From an uncultured Dehalococcoidales bacterium (GTDB lineage: Bacteria; Chloroflexota; Dehalococcoidia; Dehalococcoidales; BS750m-G39), in assembly GCA_964505425.1 (NCBI GenBank), contig CAZDHX010000003.1, forward strand, positions 28,004-92,003: DNA of 64,000 bases, written 5' to 3'. The position numbers and the translations under genes are program-made. Below are positions 8,284 to 17,941 of this stretch, one piece after another (position 1 is the stretch's first letter; each line of letters begins with the position of its first letter). Under the pieces are notes generated by a model. That model worked only from the letters and a program-made list of their open reading frames with translations. It had not been told where the DNA came from and searched no databases.

Positions 8284-8294
8284 TACCCCGGTCT

Positions 8295-9461
8295 CTACAG
8301 ACGGATGATATCCTCGGTGTGCTCTAAGGCTAAAAATAGAAGGAGATAATCCCTGATATGGCGGGTTACCAGGAAGTTATATCTGACGTGTTCCCGCCCG
8401 TTCTCCCCCAGCCATCGGGCATAGTCAGGATTGGTCAGCAGTTGTCTGATGCCGTAGGCAGTTCCCTCTGTTTCGTAAGTGAGGAGCCCGGTGAACCTGT
8501 TCTGCACCTGAAGGGGTATACCCCCCACTGCCGACGCCACCACCGGCTTTGCCTTCCACAGAGCCTCGGTTACGGTAAGCCCAAAACCCTCCCGGTGCGA
8601 CTTTTGAACAATGACCGCAGATGCCCTTTGCAAGGCATTTATTTCAATATCACTGCCTGGGTCTGGGGGGATAGGCAGGATATGTATGTCAGGATCATTT
8701 CCGGCTCTCTGCCTGACCTCAGTCAGCACCTTATCCGACTCCGGGTCATCAGCAGCAGCCCCTCCAGCGAAGACAAGCCGGCAGTTTATACTCTTCCGCA
8801 CCAGCTCAAAAGCCTGAATTACGCCCAGCGGGTCCTTGAGGTAGTCAAAACGTGAAATCTGGGTAATGATGGGTTTATCCTGAGGTACGGCGTATTTCGC
8901 CAGCACGGAATCAATCGTATGCTGGTCAAGCTCTTTATTCTTATCACTCAGCGGGTCTATTGATGGTGAGATAAGAAACTGGCGGATAGGTAATTCACAG
9001 GAAAAGGCCGGTGCCGAGAAAACGGCACCGTCATATTTAACAACAAAGGGCTCCAGAAAGTTCCATACCTTCTTATTGGGATGCGACAGGTCAATATGAC
9101 ATCTCCACACCCACTTCTTTCCCAGCTTCTTTTTCTTGGTAACTAGCCCCACCGGCTGAGGGTCATGGACAAAGATAATATCTCCATCCAGCCGCAGCCT
9201 TCTTACGTTCTTCTGCATCGTTTCCTGAAAGAGCGCGAAGTCGTCCTTGGTAATCTTTTCCTGCCGGCCATGCAGGGCGTTGTGAAACTTCTTGGTCACC
9301 TGGAAAAACTGCTCGTTACCCTTTATGACATCCCACCGGGCATCAACGCCAAGCTGCTTCAGGAGAGGCACCATGCGGCTCAATATCTCAGCCACTCCAC
9401 CACCAGTGGCGGTGGAGTTTATGTTCTGGATAACCTTACCCGATAGGTTGGCTGCCAGCAA
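8295..9461 (-). CDS. treT: TreT-like GT4 glycosyltransferase (trehalose glycosyltransferring synthase family)
   Basis: NSTATGGGVAEIL...ARWDVIKGNEQFFQVTKKFHNALHG...WRCHIDLS...SPSIDPLSDKN...PIITQISRFD...REGFGLTVTEALWK matches Pyrococcus TreT block by block, as I recall it. The conserved N-terminus continues upstream of the TTG at 9461 (see findings). Confidence 0.75.
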   Translation of the reverse strand: MLAANLSGKVIQNINSTATGGGVAEILSRMVPLLKQLGVDARWDVIKGNEQFFQVTKKFHNALHGRQEKITKDDFALFQETMQKNVRRLRLDGDIIFVHDPQPVGLVTKKKKLGKKWVWRCHIDLSHPNKKVWNFLEPFVVKYDGAVFSAPAFSCELPIRQFLISPSIDPLSDKNKELDQHTIDSVLAKYAVPQDKPIITQISRFDYLKDPLGVIQAFELVRKSINCRLVFAGGAAADDPESDKVLTEVRQRAGNDPDIHILPIPPDPGSDIEINALQRASAVIVQKSHREGFGLTVTEALWKAKPVVASAVGGIPLQVQNRFTGLLTYETEGTAYGIRQLLTNPDYARWLGENGREHVRYNFLVTRHIRDYLLLFLALEHTEDIIRL

Positions 9462-9514
9462 ACGGAGTTCCTCAATGGCGCTCCGGCCGGCAATAGGCTC
9501 GTAGTCAGCAATCC

Positions 9515-10888
9515 CTACTTGATTCGCTTTTCGATAAGTTGTATCAGTGCTAATCTCAGTCCCTCCAGAGTATAAGTATACGGGTCAAGCCGGTTAATCT
9601 CCTCAGCGAGTTCAGTCTCATCCAAACTATCCTGCATCCAGATTGAGAAATCGTTTAGCCCCTTCCCCAACCTCAACCTTGAATCGAAAATATGCAAAAA
9701 GAGGGAACCTAGACTTATCTTGCGCAGGGCTTCAACAAACTCCCTGAGGTCATGGACCACATAAGAAGTCGGTATGGTCACACTCACCGATTTCATGAAG
9801 TGGAATTCCCTCCCCGGCATCGCCTCCCTGAAATTGGAGCCCTTGGAAAGATATCCCTCAATGATGATGACCAGCTTGTCACGCAGAGTTCCCAGATTAG
9901 GAAAGCTAAAAGTATCAACGGTAGCCAGCTTTTCGCCCAGTACCTCATCACCCAGGGCATCATCCACCCAGATGGCGAAGTCATTAGACAGTTCCGGGGT
10001 GAGGTAATGGTGCTGTTCCAGGAAATGGTGGGTATGATAATAGATTACGGCGTCTGGCACCTCTTTCAAACCATCAACAAGTTCATGAAGGTTCTTTGCC
10101 TCAAGCCCGGTAAGCTCGGTCAGGTGTGCCCGGCTGCTAAAACGGAAGGGCTCCTTCGCTTTTCTCAAAGGATGCCCATAGTTAATAACCGTGCCCCGAA
10201 GAAGTCGACTGTTAGGGATGATAATGGTGCTTTCATCCAGAGCCTTGACAGTGGTACTGCTCCAGTTTATGGCGGTGACATAGCCTTCCTCGCCTGTTTC
10301 CAACTTTATGTAGTCGCCCACTTTAATCTGCTGGGTAGCACCAATCTGGAGACCGGCAAAAAGGTTAGGCACAATGTCCCTAAAGGCTAGCGCGGCGGCT
10401 AAGACTGCCACCGCAATGAGGAGAAGAACAGGACTGGTGGGCAGACCCCAGATATCAAGCACAATTAGCACGCCAATAACGACGATGGTGATTCTGATTA
10501 TATTGACCGCCAGGGCAACAGTCGTCTGGGGGACTTTCGCTCTGGCTAGATACCGCTTGAGCAACTGCTCACTCAAGGCGATGACTACCCAGCCGAAGGA
10601 TAAAACAAACAAGCTCCCTATCGCCCTGCCGCTGATACCCTTGATTTCCGGAGACAACACCGAGACTTGAATGGCGATGGCGATGCCCAAGAGCAGAAAC
10701 CAGAGCAAGAAGTGGCGGCGTACTATCCGGGCAACCACCTCGCTCCCCCCCCATTCCGTCCTTGCCTGCCATCGCTTGAGGAGATTGTCGACCATCCGCT
10801 TGAGCCACAAGCCAACGACATAGGTGGCAAGGAAAGCCAGCATCGGGACAACTATAATAAGCCAGTTATCAGATAGCCACTCAGCCAT
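9515..10888 (-). CDS. MscS-family mechanosensitive channel with a ~210-aa duplicated C-terminal extension
   Basis: 457 aa. N-terminal TM helices are followed by the MscS beta-domain (VGDYIKLETGEEGYVTAINWSSTTVKALDESTIIIPNSRL). Two homologous ~95-aa repeats follow (residues 248-346 and 362-455). Confidence 0.8.
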   Translation of the reverse strand: MAEWLSDNWLIIVVPMLAFLATYVVGLWLKRMVDNLLKRWQARTEWGGSEVVARIVRRHFLLWFLLLGIAIAIQVSVLSPEIKGISGRAIGSLFVLSFGWVVIALSEQLLKRYLARAKVPQTTVALAVNIIRITIVVIGVLIVLDIWGLPTSPVLLLIAVAVLAAALAFRDIVPNLFAGLQIGATQQIKVGDYIKLETGEEGYVTAINWSSTTVKALDESTIIIPNSRLLRGTVINYGHPLRKAKEPFRFSSRAHLTELTGLEAKNLHELVDGLKEVPDAVIYYHTHHFLEQHHYLTPELSNDFAIWVDDALGDEVLGEKLATVDTFSFPNLGTLRDKLVIIIEGYLSKGSNFREAMPGREFHFMKSVSVTIPTSYVVHDLREFVEALRKISLGSLFLHIFDSRLRLGKGLNDFSIWMQDSLDETELAEEINRLDPYTYTLEGLRLALIQLIEKRIK

Positions 10889-10924
10889 TCAGCTCATTAC
10901 TCCGCCGCCATTTTACCATAAATC

Positions 10925-11731
10925 TCACCGAGCCTCCTTTAACAGGAGGCTCAGAAATTTGGCTACTTCATCTGGAGACTGCAGAAAATAGCGCGCTAAA
11001 GAAGGAGAGTCCCCTTCGCCAACAAAGACCGATATGCCACGCCCGTAATCTTCAATAGCCTTGAAAGCATCCTCGTCGGTCAGGTCATCGCCAAGGTATA
11101 CCGGCAGAGGAGCGTCTTTTGGCTCACCTCCCCCAAACTTATCCATCAGGACTTTTATCACCTTACTCTTATCCCAGGCAACCGCCGGTCTGATTTCATA
11201 TACCTTCTTACCCGAGGTCATCTGCATCTTCCCCACCACCTCGGCATCACCGGTAATGCGCTCAAAGATGCGCCTCACTTCCTCACCCTTCTCGTCTGCC
11301 ACCTGGCGGTAATGAACGCTTAAGGTGAGCCCCTTATCCTCAACCATAGCCCCCTCGATCGCTCCCAGCGCCTGGCTCAGTTCGCGATACAGCCGGCTAA
11401 TGACGGGCTTGAATTCTTCAGCCACTGGACTCACGAAGCTGATTTGGGGCCCTTCTATCTCCAGCCCATGGTTCCCGGCATAGACTATGCCGCTTATGCC
11501 CACCTTCTCCTTGATGTCCACCAGCGCCCGGCCGCTAATTATAGCCAATGTCAGGCGCCGCTTACGTGCCAGAGCCTCCAGCAACTGCCTCACACCGCCA
11601 GCGAGGTCTGCCAGTTCCGGGCTTGACACAATCGGAGTAAGAGTGCCGTCATAGTCAAGGAGAAGCAATATATGGCTGGCACTCCTGAGTTGCTTGGCAA
11701 CGCCAGACCAGACAGATAGAAGATGCTCCAA
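10925..11731 (-). CDS. otsB: Trehalose-6-phosphate phosphatase (HAD family)
   Basis: 268 aa. LLLLDYDGTLTPIV (HAD motif I) and GDDLTDEDAF (motif IV). It lies 3 nt downstream of otsA. Confidence 0.88.
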   Translation of the reverse strand: MEHLLSVWSGVAKQLRSASHILLLLDYDGTLTPIVSSPELADLAGGVRQLLEALARKRRLTLAIISGRALVDIKEKVGISGIVYAGNHGLEIEGPQISFVSPVAEEFKPVISRLYRELSQALGAIEGAMVEDKGLTLSVHYRQVADEKGEEVRRIFERITGDAEVVGKMQMTSGKKVYEIRPAVAWDKSKVIKVLMDKFGGGEPKDAPLPVYLGDDLTDEDAFKAIEDYGRGISVFVGEGDSPSLARYFLQSPDEVAKFLSLLLKEAR

Positions 11732-11734
11732 CTA

Positions 11735-13210
11735 TCACTCTCCAAATTCAAATTTTAATAGTTCCGAGATTATATCCGCCGCCCACTTGTAGATATTGTT
11801 TTCCCGCACCACCTGCCTCATCTGCCTCATTCGCCGCCGCCTTTCCGCCTTAGGCATTTCCACAGCAACCTTTATGGCTTCGGCGAAATGGTCAATGGCA
11901 TAGGGGTTGGCGAACACGGCATCAGTCAGCTCCCGCGCGGAGCCGGTGAACGGGCTCAAGATGAGAACGCCGTCTCCATCAAAACGGCTGGCAACGAATT
12001 CCTTGGCAACCACATTCATACCATCGTGAAGAGAGCTTACCACAAAGAAGTCTGCCAGCCGGCGCAGTGCCATAAGCTCCGTCTGCGACTGGTGCTCCCG
12101 GAGATAAATTATGGGCTTCCAGCGCCTGGTAGCCAACCTGGAATTCGTCTCCTTTTCCACCCTCTCTATCTCATCACTGAGCTTCTTATAATCTGCGATT
12201 TCAACCCGGCTGGGAACACCAGCCTGGACAAAAACGACCTTTTCCCTGTACTGGGGGTGCTTCTCAAAAAAGCGGCCCATCGCCCTCAGCCGGTCAATGA
12301 TACCCTTGGTGTAATCCAGGCGGTCAAAACCAACACCGACTATCCTGTCAGCCAGGTTCAGCCGCTCTCTCAACTCTCCCGCCCGAGCCGCCACTTCCTG
12401 ACTCCGAGCGAACTGTGATAGCGCCTCGAAGTCCACACTGATGGGAAAAGGTCTCACTGCTGTCTTCCTGCCACCGCAGGTCACCTCATACCTATCCCAG
12501 TCAACCTTTGCCTCAATCGCCCGGTCCACGGTATCCAGAAAGTTATTGCAGTGATGGCGGGTATGAAAGCCAAGAAGGTCGTTGCCCAATAGCCCGTGTA
12601 GAATTTCTTCCTGCCAGGGGCAGATGCGGAAAGCCTCCCGATGCGGCCAGGGGATGTGCCAGAACTGGGCAGTAACGATATTGGGGTGTTTATCCTTAAT
12701 TAATCTGGAGAGCAATGTCAGGTGATAGTCCTGGACAAAGACAAACGCCTTTTTATCCCCAACCTCCTCTAATACGCTGCGGGCGAAGGCTTCGTTTACC
12801 TTCTTATAGGTCTGCCAGTCAGATTCCTCAAACACGGGCCTGGTATAGACAAGGTGGCATAAGGGCCACAATGCCTCGTTAGAAAAGCCGAAGTAGTATC
12901 CCTCCTCCTCCTCCCTGGAGAACCAGAGCCGCCTAAGGGCGTACCTGGGGTTTTCGGGGGGGATGCCCACCTTGCTATCCTTATCCACCACCTCCCTATC
13001 AGCGTCGCCGCTGCCATGAGCAACCCAGATGCCACCGCAAGCCTGCATTACCGGGTCCAGGGCAACGGTAAGACCGCTGGCAGGTATCTGGTAAACGATC
13101 TCTCCGCCGGAGAAGGTGTGCATATAAGGCTCGCGGTTAGATACCACCACGAAAAGATAACCGGCTAGCTTCTCTTTAACCAGCTCACTGAGGCTTTTCT
13201 GCGTCCACAT
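11735..13210 (-). CDS. otsA: Trehalose-6-phosphate synthase (GT20)
   Basis: 491 aa. VVVSNREPY, FSNEALWPLCH, VQDYHL, FWHIPWP, GFHT and LSPFTGSA blocks are typical of OtsA. Confidence 0.9.
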   Translation of the reverse strand: MWTQKSLSELVKEKLAGYLFVVVSNREPYMHTFSGGEIVYQIPASGLTVALDPVMQACGGIWVAHGSGDADREVVDKDSKVGIPPENPRYALRRLWFSREEEEGYYFGFSNEALWPLCHLVYTRPVFEESDWQTYKKVNEAFARSVLEEVGDKKAFVFVQDYHLTLLSRLIKDKHPNIVTAQFWHIPWPHREAFRICPWQEEILHGLLGNDLLGFHTRHHCNNFLDTVDRAIEAKVDWDRYEVTCGGRKTAVRPFPISVDFEALSQFARSQEVAARAGELRERLNLADRIVGVGFDRLDYTKGIIDRLRAMGRFFEKHPQYREKVVFVQAGVPSRVEIADYKKLSDEIERVEKETNSRLATRRWKPIIYLREHQSQTELMALRRLADFFVVSSLHDGMNVVAKEFVASRFDGDGVLILSPFTGSARELTDAVFANPYAIDHFAEAIKVAVEMPKAERRRRMRQMRQVVRENNIYKWAADIISELLKFEFGE

Positions 13211-13218
13211 CCATAAGT

Positions 13219-13247
13219 ATTCTACCGTGATTTGTCAACCTGTGCAA
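13219..13247 (-). promoter_or_regulatory. Candidate otsA promoter (minus-strand TTGCAC-N17-TAGAAT) giving a leaderless mRNA
   Basis: Plus-strand GTGCAA at 13242-13247 and ATTCTA at 13219-13224. Only 8 nt separate the -10 from ATG 13210. Confidence 0.4.
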
Positions 13248-13259
13248 GAAAGGGGCAGA

Positions 13260-14534
13260 CTAACTCAAGGCTCTTTCTATTATCTCGCCCGTCAGCCCAA
13301 TGTCCTCATCGCTATGAGCCAGGGAGACAAAAGCGGCTTCAAACTGCGAAGGCGGCCAGTAGACGCCCTCGGCAAGCAATCGCTGGAAGAATTCGGCAAA
13401 GAAGTCTTTATCCGCCTGAGCGGCGGACTGATAATCAATTACTGGACTGGCGGTGAAAAAGACGGTGAGAAGAGAGGCTATACGGGAAACGCTGACTCCA
13501 GACTTGGTCGCAGCTTTGGCTACACCTTCCGCCAAAATTGCTGATTTGGCTTCTAACTGCTCATAAACTCCTGGCGTCTGCAAGAGCTTGAGGGTTTCAA
13601 TGCCAGCGGTCATGGCCAGCGGGTTGCCTGATAGCGTCCCCGCCTGATAGACCGGGCCGAGCGGAGCCACCATCTGCATAATCTCACGCCTGCCGCCGTA
13701 TGCCCCCACCGGTAACCCCCCACCGATAATTTTCCCCAGACAGGTAAGGTCAGGGGTGATTTGATAAAGGGTCTGGGCGCCGCCGTAGGCAAGACGAAAA
13801 CCGGTTATGACCTCGTCAAAGATAAGCAGGGCGCCAAATTCCTGAGTTAACTGGCGCAGCCCCTCTAAAAAGCCGGGCTTGGGCAAAACCACCCCCATGT
13901 TGGCCGCTACCGGCTCAACGATTATGGCCGCAATCTGTTTGGGATAGTGCTCAAAGGCTTGCTTTACCGATTCTACATTATTATAGGGGGCGACCAGCGT
14001 ATCTTGGGCATAGCTTAAGGACACACCGGCAGAGTCCGGCACGCCCAGGGTCGCCAGACCTGAGCCGCCCTTGACCAGCAAGCCATCGCCGTGACCGTGA
14101 TAGCCGCCAGCGAATTTTAGAATTTTATCACGCTTGGTAAAAGCCCGAGCCAGACGTAAGGCTGACATGGCGGCTTCTGTCCCCGAGTTGACAAAGCGGA
14201 GCATTTCGATAGAGGGGATAGCCTCAGAAATCATCTTAGCTAAAGTCGTCTCCAGCTCGGTGGGAGCACCGAAGCTGGTACCATGCTCCGCCGCCCCTTT
14301 TATGGCGGCAACTACCCGAGGATGGGCATGTCCCAGAACCAGAGCCCCCCAGGAGCCAACATAGTCAATATATTCGTTACCATCAGCATCGTAAATTTTT
14401 GAGCCCTTTGCCCTGACAATGAACGGTGGAATGCCGCCGACCGCCTTAAAGGCACGGACCGGGCTATCAACCCCACCAGGCAGGTATCTCTGTGCCTCTT
14501 TAAAAAGTTTTTGGGATTTTACAAAATCTTTCAT
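13260..14534 (-). CDS. hemL: Glutamate-1-semialdehyde 2,1-aminomutase
   Basis: [29 protein letters not shown]... is the canonical HemL N-terminus. I chose the ATG at 14534 rather than the track start at 14579, which overlaps hemB. Confidence 0.92.
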   Translation of the reverse strand: MKDFVKSQKLFKEAQRYLPGGVDSPVRAFKAVGGIPPFIVRAKGSKIYDADGNEYIDYVGSWGALVLGHAHPRVVAAIKGAAEHGTSFGAPTELETTLAKMISEAIPSIEMLRFVNSGTEAAMSALRLARAFTKRDKILKFAGGYHGHGDGLLVKGGSGLATLGVPDSAGVSLSYAQDTLVAPYNNVESVKQAFEHYPKQIAAIIVEPVAANMGVVLPKPGFLEGLRQLTQEFGALLIFDEVITGFRLAYGGAQTLYQITPDLTCLGKIIGGGLPVGAYGGRREIMQMVAPLGPVYQAGTLSGNPLAMTAGIETLKLLQTPGVYEQLEAKSAILAEGVAKAATKSGVSVSRIASLLTVFFTASPVIDYQSAAQADKDFFAEFFQRLLAEGVYWPPSQFEAAFVSLAHSDEDIGLTGEIIERALS

Positions 14535-14538
14535 GGCT

Positions 14539-15522
14539 CTATCTCTCTGCCGCCACCCAACGGGCAAAATCCTTGGCATGGTAGGTTATTATGATATCGG
14601 CACCAGCCCGCTTAATGGCAGTGAGAACCTCTATCACAACTCGTTTTTCGTCAAGCCAACCCTCTTTCGCTGCTGCTTTTAACATGGCATACTCGCCGCT
14701 GACATTATAAGCCGCCAGTGGACAGTTAAAGGTATTGCGCGCCTGGCGTATCACATCAAGATAAGCCAGCGCCGGCTTGACCATGACGATATCAGCACCC
14801 TCGGCAATATCCTGCTCTATCTCCCGCAGTGCCTCTCTGATATTATGATAGTCCATCTGATAAGAAAGACGGTCACCGAACTGTGGTGCCGATTCCGCCG
14901 CCTCACGGAAGGGGCCGTAAAACGCCGAGGCGTACTTGGCGGCATAGGCGAGAATCGGGATATGCTGAAAGCCATTTTTGTCCAAACTTTCTCGTATCGC
15001 CTTCACCCTGCCGTCCATCATATCCGAGGGGGCAACGATATCGGTGCCGGCTTCGGCATGAGAGAGGGCGGTCTTGGCTAAAAGAGGCAACGTCCGGTCG
15101 TTATCAACCTGGTCACCAACCACTACGCCACAGTGCCCATGACTGGTATATTCGCAGAGGCAGACATCCGTAATAACTAAAAGCTGAGGTGCTAACTTCT
15201 TGATTCTTCGTACTGCCTGCTGGACAACCCCCTCCGGGGCATAAGCCGACGAGCCGACATCGTCCTTGTGCTCCGGTATGCCGAAGAGAAGGACGGCGGG
15301 AATCTTGAGTTTGGCGACCTCTTCTACCTCGGCATCCAGCTGGTCAGGGGAAAGGCGCAAGACGCCGGGCATGGAAGCTATCTCCTGCTTTATGCCCTTC
15401 CCCTCAACGACAAAGATAGGATAAACCAAATCGCCAACATCGACGCGGCTTTCTCGAACCAATGCCCTTAGCCTCTCGGTTCTTCGTAAGCGGCGCAACC
15501 GTAATTGAGGAAAGCCTGCCAT
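14539..15522 (-). CDS. hemB: Porphobilinogen synthase (ALA dehydratase)
   Basis: 327 aa. RLRRLR...[21 protein letters not shown] (Zn site) and MVKPA. Confidence 0.93.
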   Translation of the reverse strand: MAGFPQLRLRRLRRTERLRALVRESRVDVGDLVYPIFVVEGKGIKQEIASMPGVLRLSPDQLDAEVEEVAKLKIPAVLLFGIPEHKDDVGSSAYAPEGVVQQAVRRIKKLAPQLLVITDVCLCEYTSHGHCGVVVGDQVDNDRTLPLLAKTALSHAEAGTDIVAPSDMMDGRVKAIRESLDKNGFQHIPILAYAAKYASAFYGPFREAAESAPQFGDRLSYQMDYHNIREALREIEQDIAEGADIVMVKPALAYLDVIRQARNTFNCPLAAYNVSGEYAMLKAAAKEGWLDEKRVVIEVLTAIKRAGADIIITYHAKDFARWVAAER

Positions 15523-17031
15523 CTAAGCCTCCTTCCCAAAATATTCTTCAATTGCTGCCACCAGGGCGGGTATAGTATGTTCGCAGGCAACAATATCAAC
15601 CCTAAGCCCAGCCTCGGTCGCCGTCTCCGCGGTCCTGGGACCGATACAGGCGACCTTTATTGCCGGCACTTTTTTCTCGAAAACCGCCGCCAGACCGGAC
15701 ACTGCTGACGAGCTGGTGAAAGTGATAACATCAATTTTGCCCTCCGAAAGCATTCGGCTGGCTTGAGCCATGGCTCCGGGCTGGGGAAGCGTCTTATAGG
15801 TGGCGATTTCATGCACCTCGGCACCAAGCCCCCTAAGCCCCTCCGCCAGCCTCTTATCGGCAATGTCAGCCCGGGGCAGCAAAAAACGCTTGCCGCCGAC
15901 CGCCTGGCTTTTGAGTCCGGTAATCAGACCCTCGCTGGAATAGACCTCGGGGATATAGTCCGCATTTATCCCTCTCTGCGCCAGGGCTTTAGCCGTCGCC
16001 GGGCCGATAGCGGCAATTTTAAGCCCACCGAGGGCACGAGCATCAAGATTCAGGTCATATAACCGCCCAAAGAAGGCGGCAACGCCGTTGCTGCTGGTGA
16101 AGACTAGCCAGTGGTAACTGGATAGGTCAGCGACGGCGTCATCCAGCTCTCGGCTGGATATTTTCTCAATACCAATGGCGGGCAGTTCAATTGCTTCCGC
16201 ACCGCGCTCGATGAGAAGCTGGCTCAAAGCGCCTGCCTGATGGTGCGCCCTGGTGACCAGGACACGCTTGCCGAAGAGGGAGAAATTATCAAACCAGCGC
16301 AGTTTCTCTCTCAGTCCGACCACCTCACCAACGACAACGACCGCCGGCGGCGTAAGACGCTGCTCTTTAACCTTGGGTACAATGTCCTTAAGACTGCCGA
16401 CCACCGTTTTCTGGCCCGGTCTTGTGCCCTCTTTGATTACCGCCACCGGAGTATCGGGAGGGCGTCCATGCTCAATCAGCCGAGATACTATCTCGGGCAG
16501 GTTCTTCATGCCCATAAGAAAAACTAAAGTATCAACCGCGGTTGCCAGTTTTGCCCAGTTGATGCTTGAGCTAATTTTGCCTGGGGCTTCATGACCGGTG
16601 ATAACCGCAAATGACGAAGCCAGCCGGCGATGGGTAAGGGGGATGCCGGCATAAGCCGGGACGGCTACCGCCGAGGTAACCCCCGGTACTACCTCAAAGG
16701 GGATGCCGTTTGCTGCCAGCGCCTCCGCTTCCTCCCCACCACGACCCAGAACATACGGGTCGCCGCCCTTAAGCCGCACCACCGTCTTGCCCTCCCTGGC
16801 TTTTTCTACAAGCAGCTCGTTTATCTTGCTCTGCGAGCTGGTGTGTTCCCCTGCCGCCTTGCCGACATAGAGCCTTTCCGCTTTCAGCGGAGCCAACTTG
16901 AGCAGTTGCTCGTCAAGCAGGCGGTCATAGACGACGACGTCAGCCTGTTCCAGACACGAAAACCCCTTTCGTGTCATCAGCCCCGGGTCACCGGGACCAG
17001 CCCCGACCAGATAGACCTTACCCCTTTTCAC
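15523..17031 (-). CDS. cobA/hemD: Fused uroporphyrinogen-III C-methyltransferase / uroporphyrinogen-III synthase
   Basis: 502 aa. The N-terminal half is SUMT (VYLVGAGPGDPGLMT, GGDPYVLGRGGEE). The C-terminal ~250 aa are HemD-like. Confidence 0.9.
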   Translation of the reverse strand: MKRGKVYLVGAGPGDPGLMTRKGFSCLEQADVVVYDRLLDEQLLKLAPLKAERLYVGKAAGEHTSSQSKINELLVEKAREGKTVVRLKGGDPYVLGRGGEEAEALAANGIPFEVVPGVTSAVAVPAYAGIPLTHRRLASSFAVITGHEAPGKISSSINWAKLATAVDTLVFLMGMKNLPEIVSRLIEHGRPPDTPVAVIKEGTRPGQKTVVGSLKDIVPKVKEQRLTPPAVVVVGEVVGLREKLRWFDNFSLFGKRVLVTRAHHQAGALSQLLIERGAEAIELPAIGIEKISSRELDDAVADLSSYHWLVFTSSNGVAAFFGRLYDLNLDARALGGLKIAAIGPATAKALAQRGINADYIPEVYSSEGLITGLKSQAVGGKRFLLPRADIADKRLAEGLRGLGAEVHEIATYKTLPQPGAMAQASRMLSEGKIDVITFTSSSAVSGLAAVFEKKVPAIKVACIGPRTAETATEAGLRVDIVACEHTIPALVAAIEEYFGKEA

Positions 17032-17941
17032 TTTTCCTTGCCTCAGCGATAATCTCCCCTGCTCCCATCCCCCGCATCTTTTGCGCCAGTCTTGCTCCTA
17101 TCTCCCCGGCGGATAGAGCACTGCCCTCCTGCGAGGCACGCAGTACCTTTTGCCCGCTTACACTGGCGACCATGCCTTCAAGCCTGAGCTTATTGTCATT
17201 GACCGTGCTTAAAGCCGCCACCGGCGCTCGGCAGCCGCCACCGATGACACGAAGAAAGGCACGCTCGGCGGTTATACCCTGCCAACCGGTAAAATTATTC
17301 AGCGGCGCAACAAGCTCCGAAACCTCTCTGTCATCAACTCGCGCCTCCACCACCAGAGCCCCCTGCCCCACCGAAGGCAGGAAATGCTCTAAAGGCAGAT
17401 ACTCGGTTATCCTTTCCTGCCAGCCGAGGCGCAACATTGCCGCCACCGCCACGATAACGCCGTCAAACTCGCCGGACAAAACCTTGCCCAGGCGGGTATC
17501 AACATTCCCTCTTATCGGGCGCGCCTGCAGGTCAGGGCGGTAGCTCATCAGCTGGACGGTGCGCCGCAGGCTGCCGGTGCCGATTTTAGCGCCGGAGCTA
17601 AGCTCACCGAGCTTTGCCCTCGCCACCAGAGCGTCTCGCGGGTCAAGCCTCTCGGTTACTGCCAGGAGACACAGCCCGGACGGCAACTCCGTGGGCACGT
17701 CTTTAAGACTGTGCACAGCGATATCAATCCTGCCGTCAAGCAGGGCTTCTTCCAGTTCCTTAACGAATATGGCAGTGTCCATAATGTCAAGCCGACTGCG
17801 GTTACGGTCACCAGTAGTTACTATTTTAATGATATTGATTTCAATATCAGGATTTACTTCTCTAATTTTGGCTACTACGGACTCGGTCTGGAGCAGGGCG
17901 AGCCGGCTGCGCCGGGAACCAACGATGAGCTTTCTTCTCAT
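17018..17941 (-). CDS. hemC: Hydroxymethylbilane synthase (porphobilinogen deaminase)
   Basis: 307 aa. GSRRSRLALLQT, IVTTGDR, AVHSLKD, RGNVDTRL and GGCRAPV. Confidence 0.93.
   Translation of the reverse strand: MRRKLIVGSRRSRLALLQTESVVAKIREVNPDIEINIIKIVTTGDRNRSRLDIMDTAIFVKELEEALLDGRIDIAVHSLKDVPTELPSGLCLLAVTERLDPRDALVARAKLGELSSGAKIGTGSLRRTVQLMSYRPDLQARPIRGNVDTRLGKVLSGEFDGVIVAVAAMLRLGWQERITEYLPLEHFLPSVGQGALVVEARVDDREVSELVAPLNNFTGWQGITAERAFLRVIGGGCRAPVAALSTVNDNKLRLEGMVASVSGQKVLRASQEGSALSAGEIGARLAQKMRGMGAGEIIAEARKSEKG

Noticed and set aside
14535-14579. The longer start of hemL ([15 protein letters not shown]...).
   Set aside because: It overlaps the 3' end of hemB by 41 nt. The internal MKDFVKSQ... 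matches the canonical HemL N-terminus and starts 4 nt after the hemB stop.
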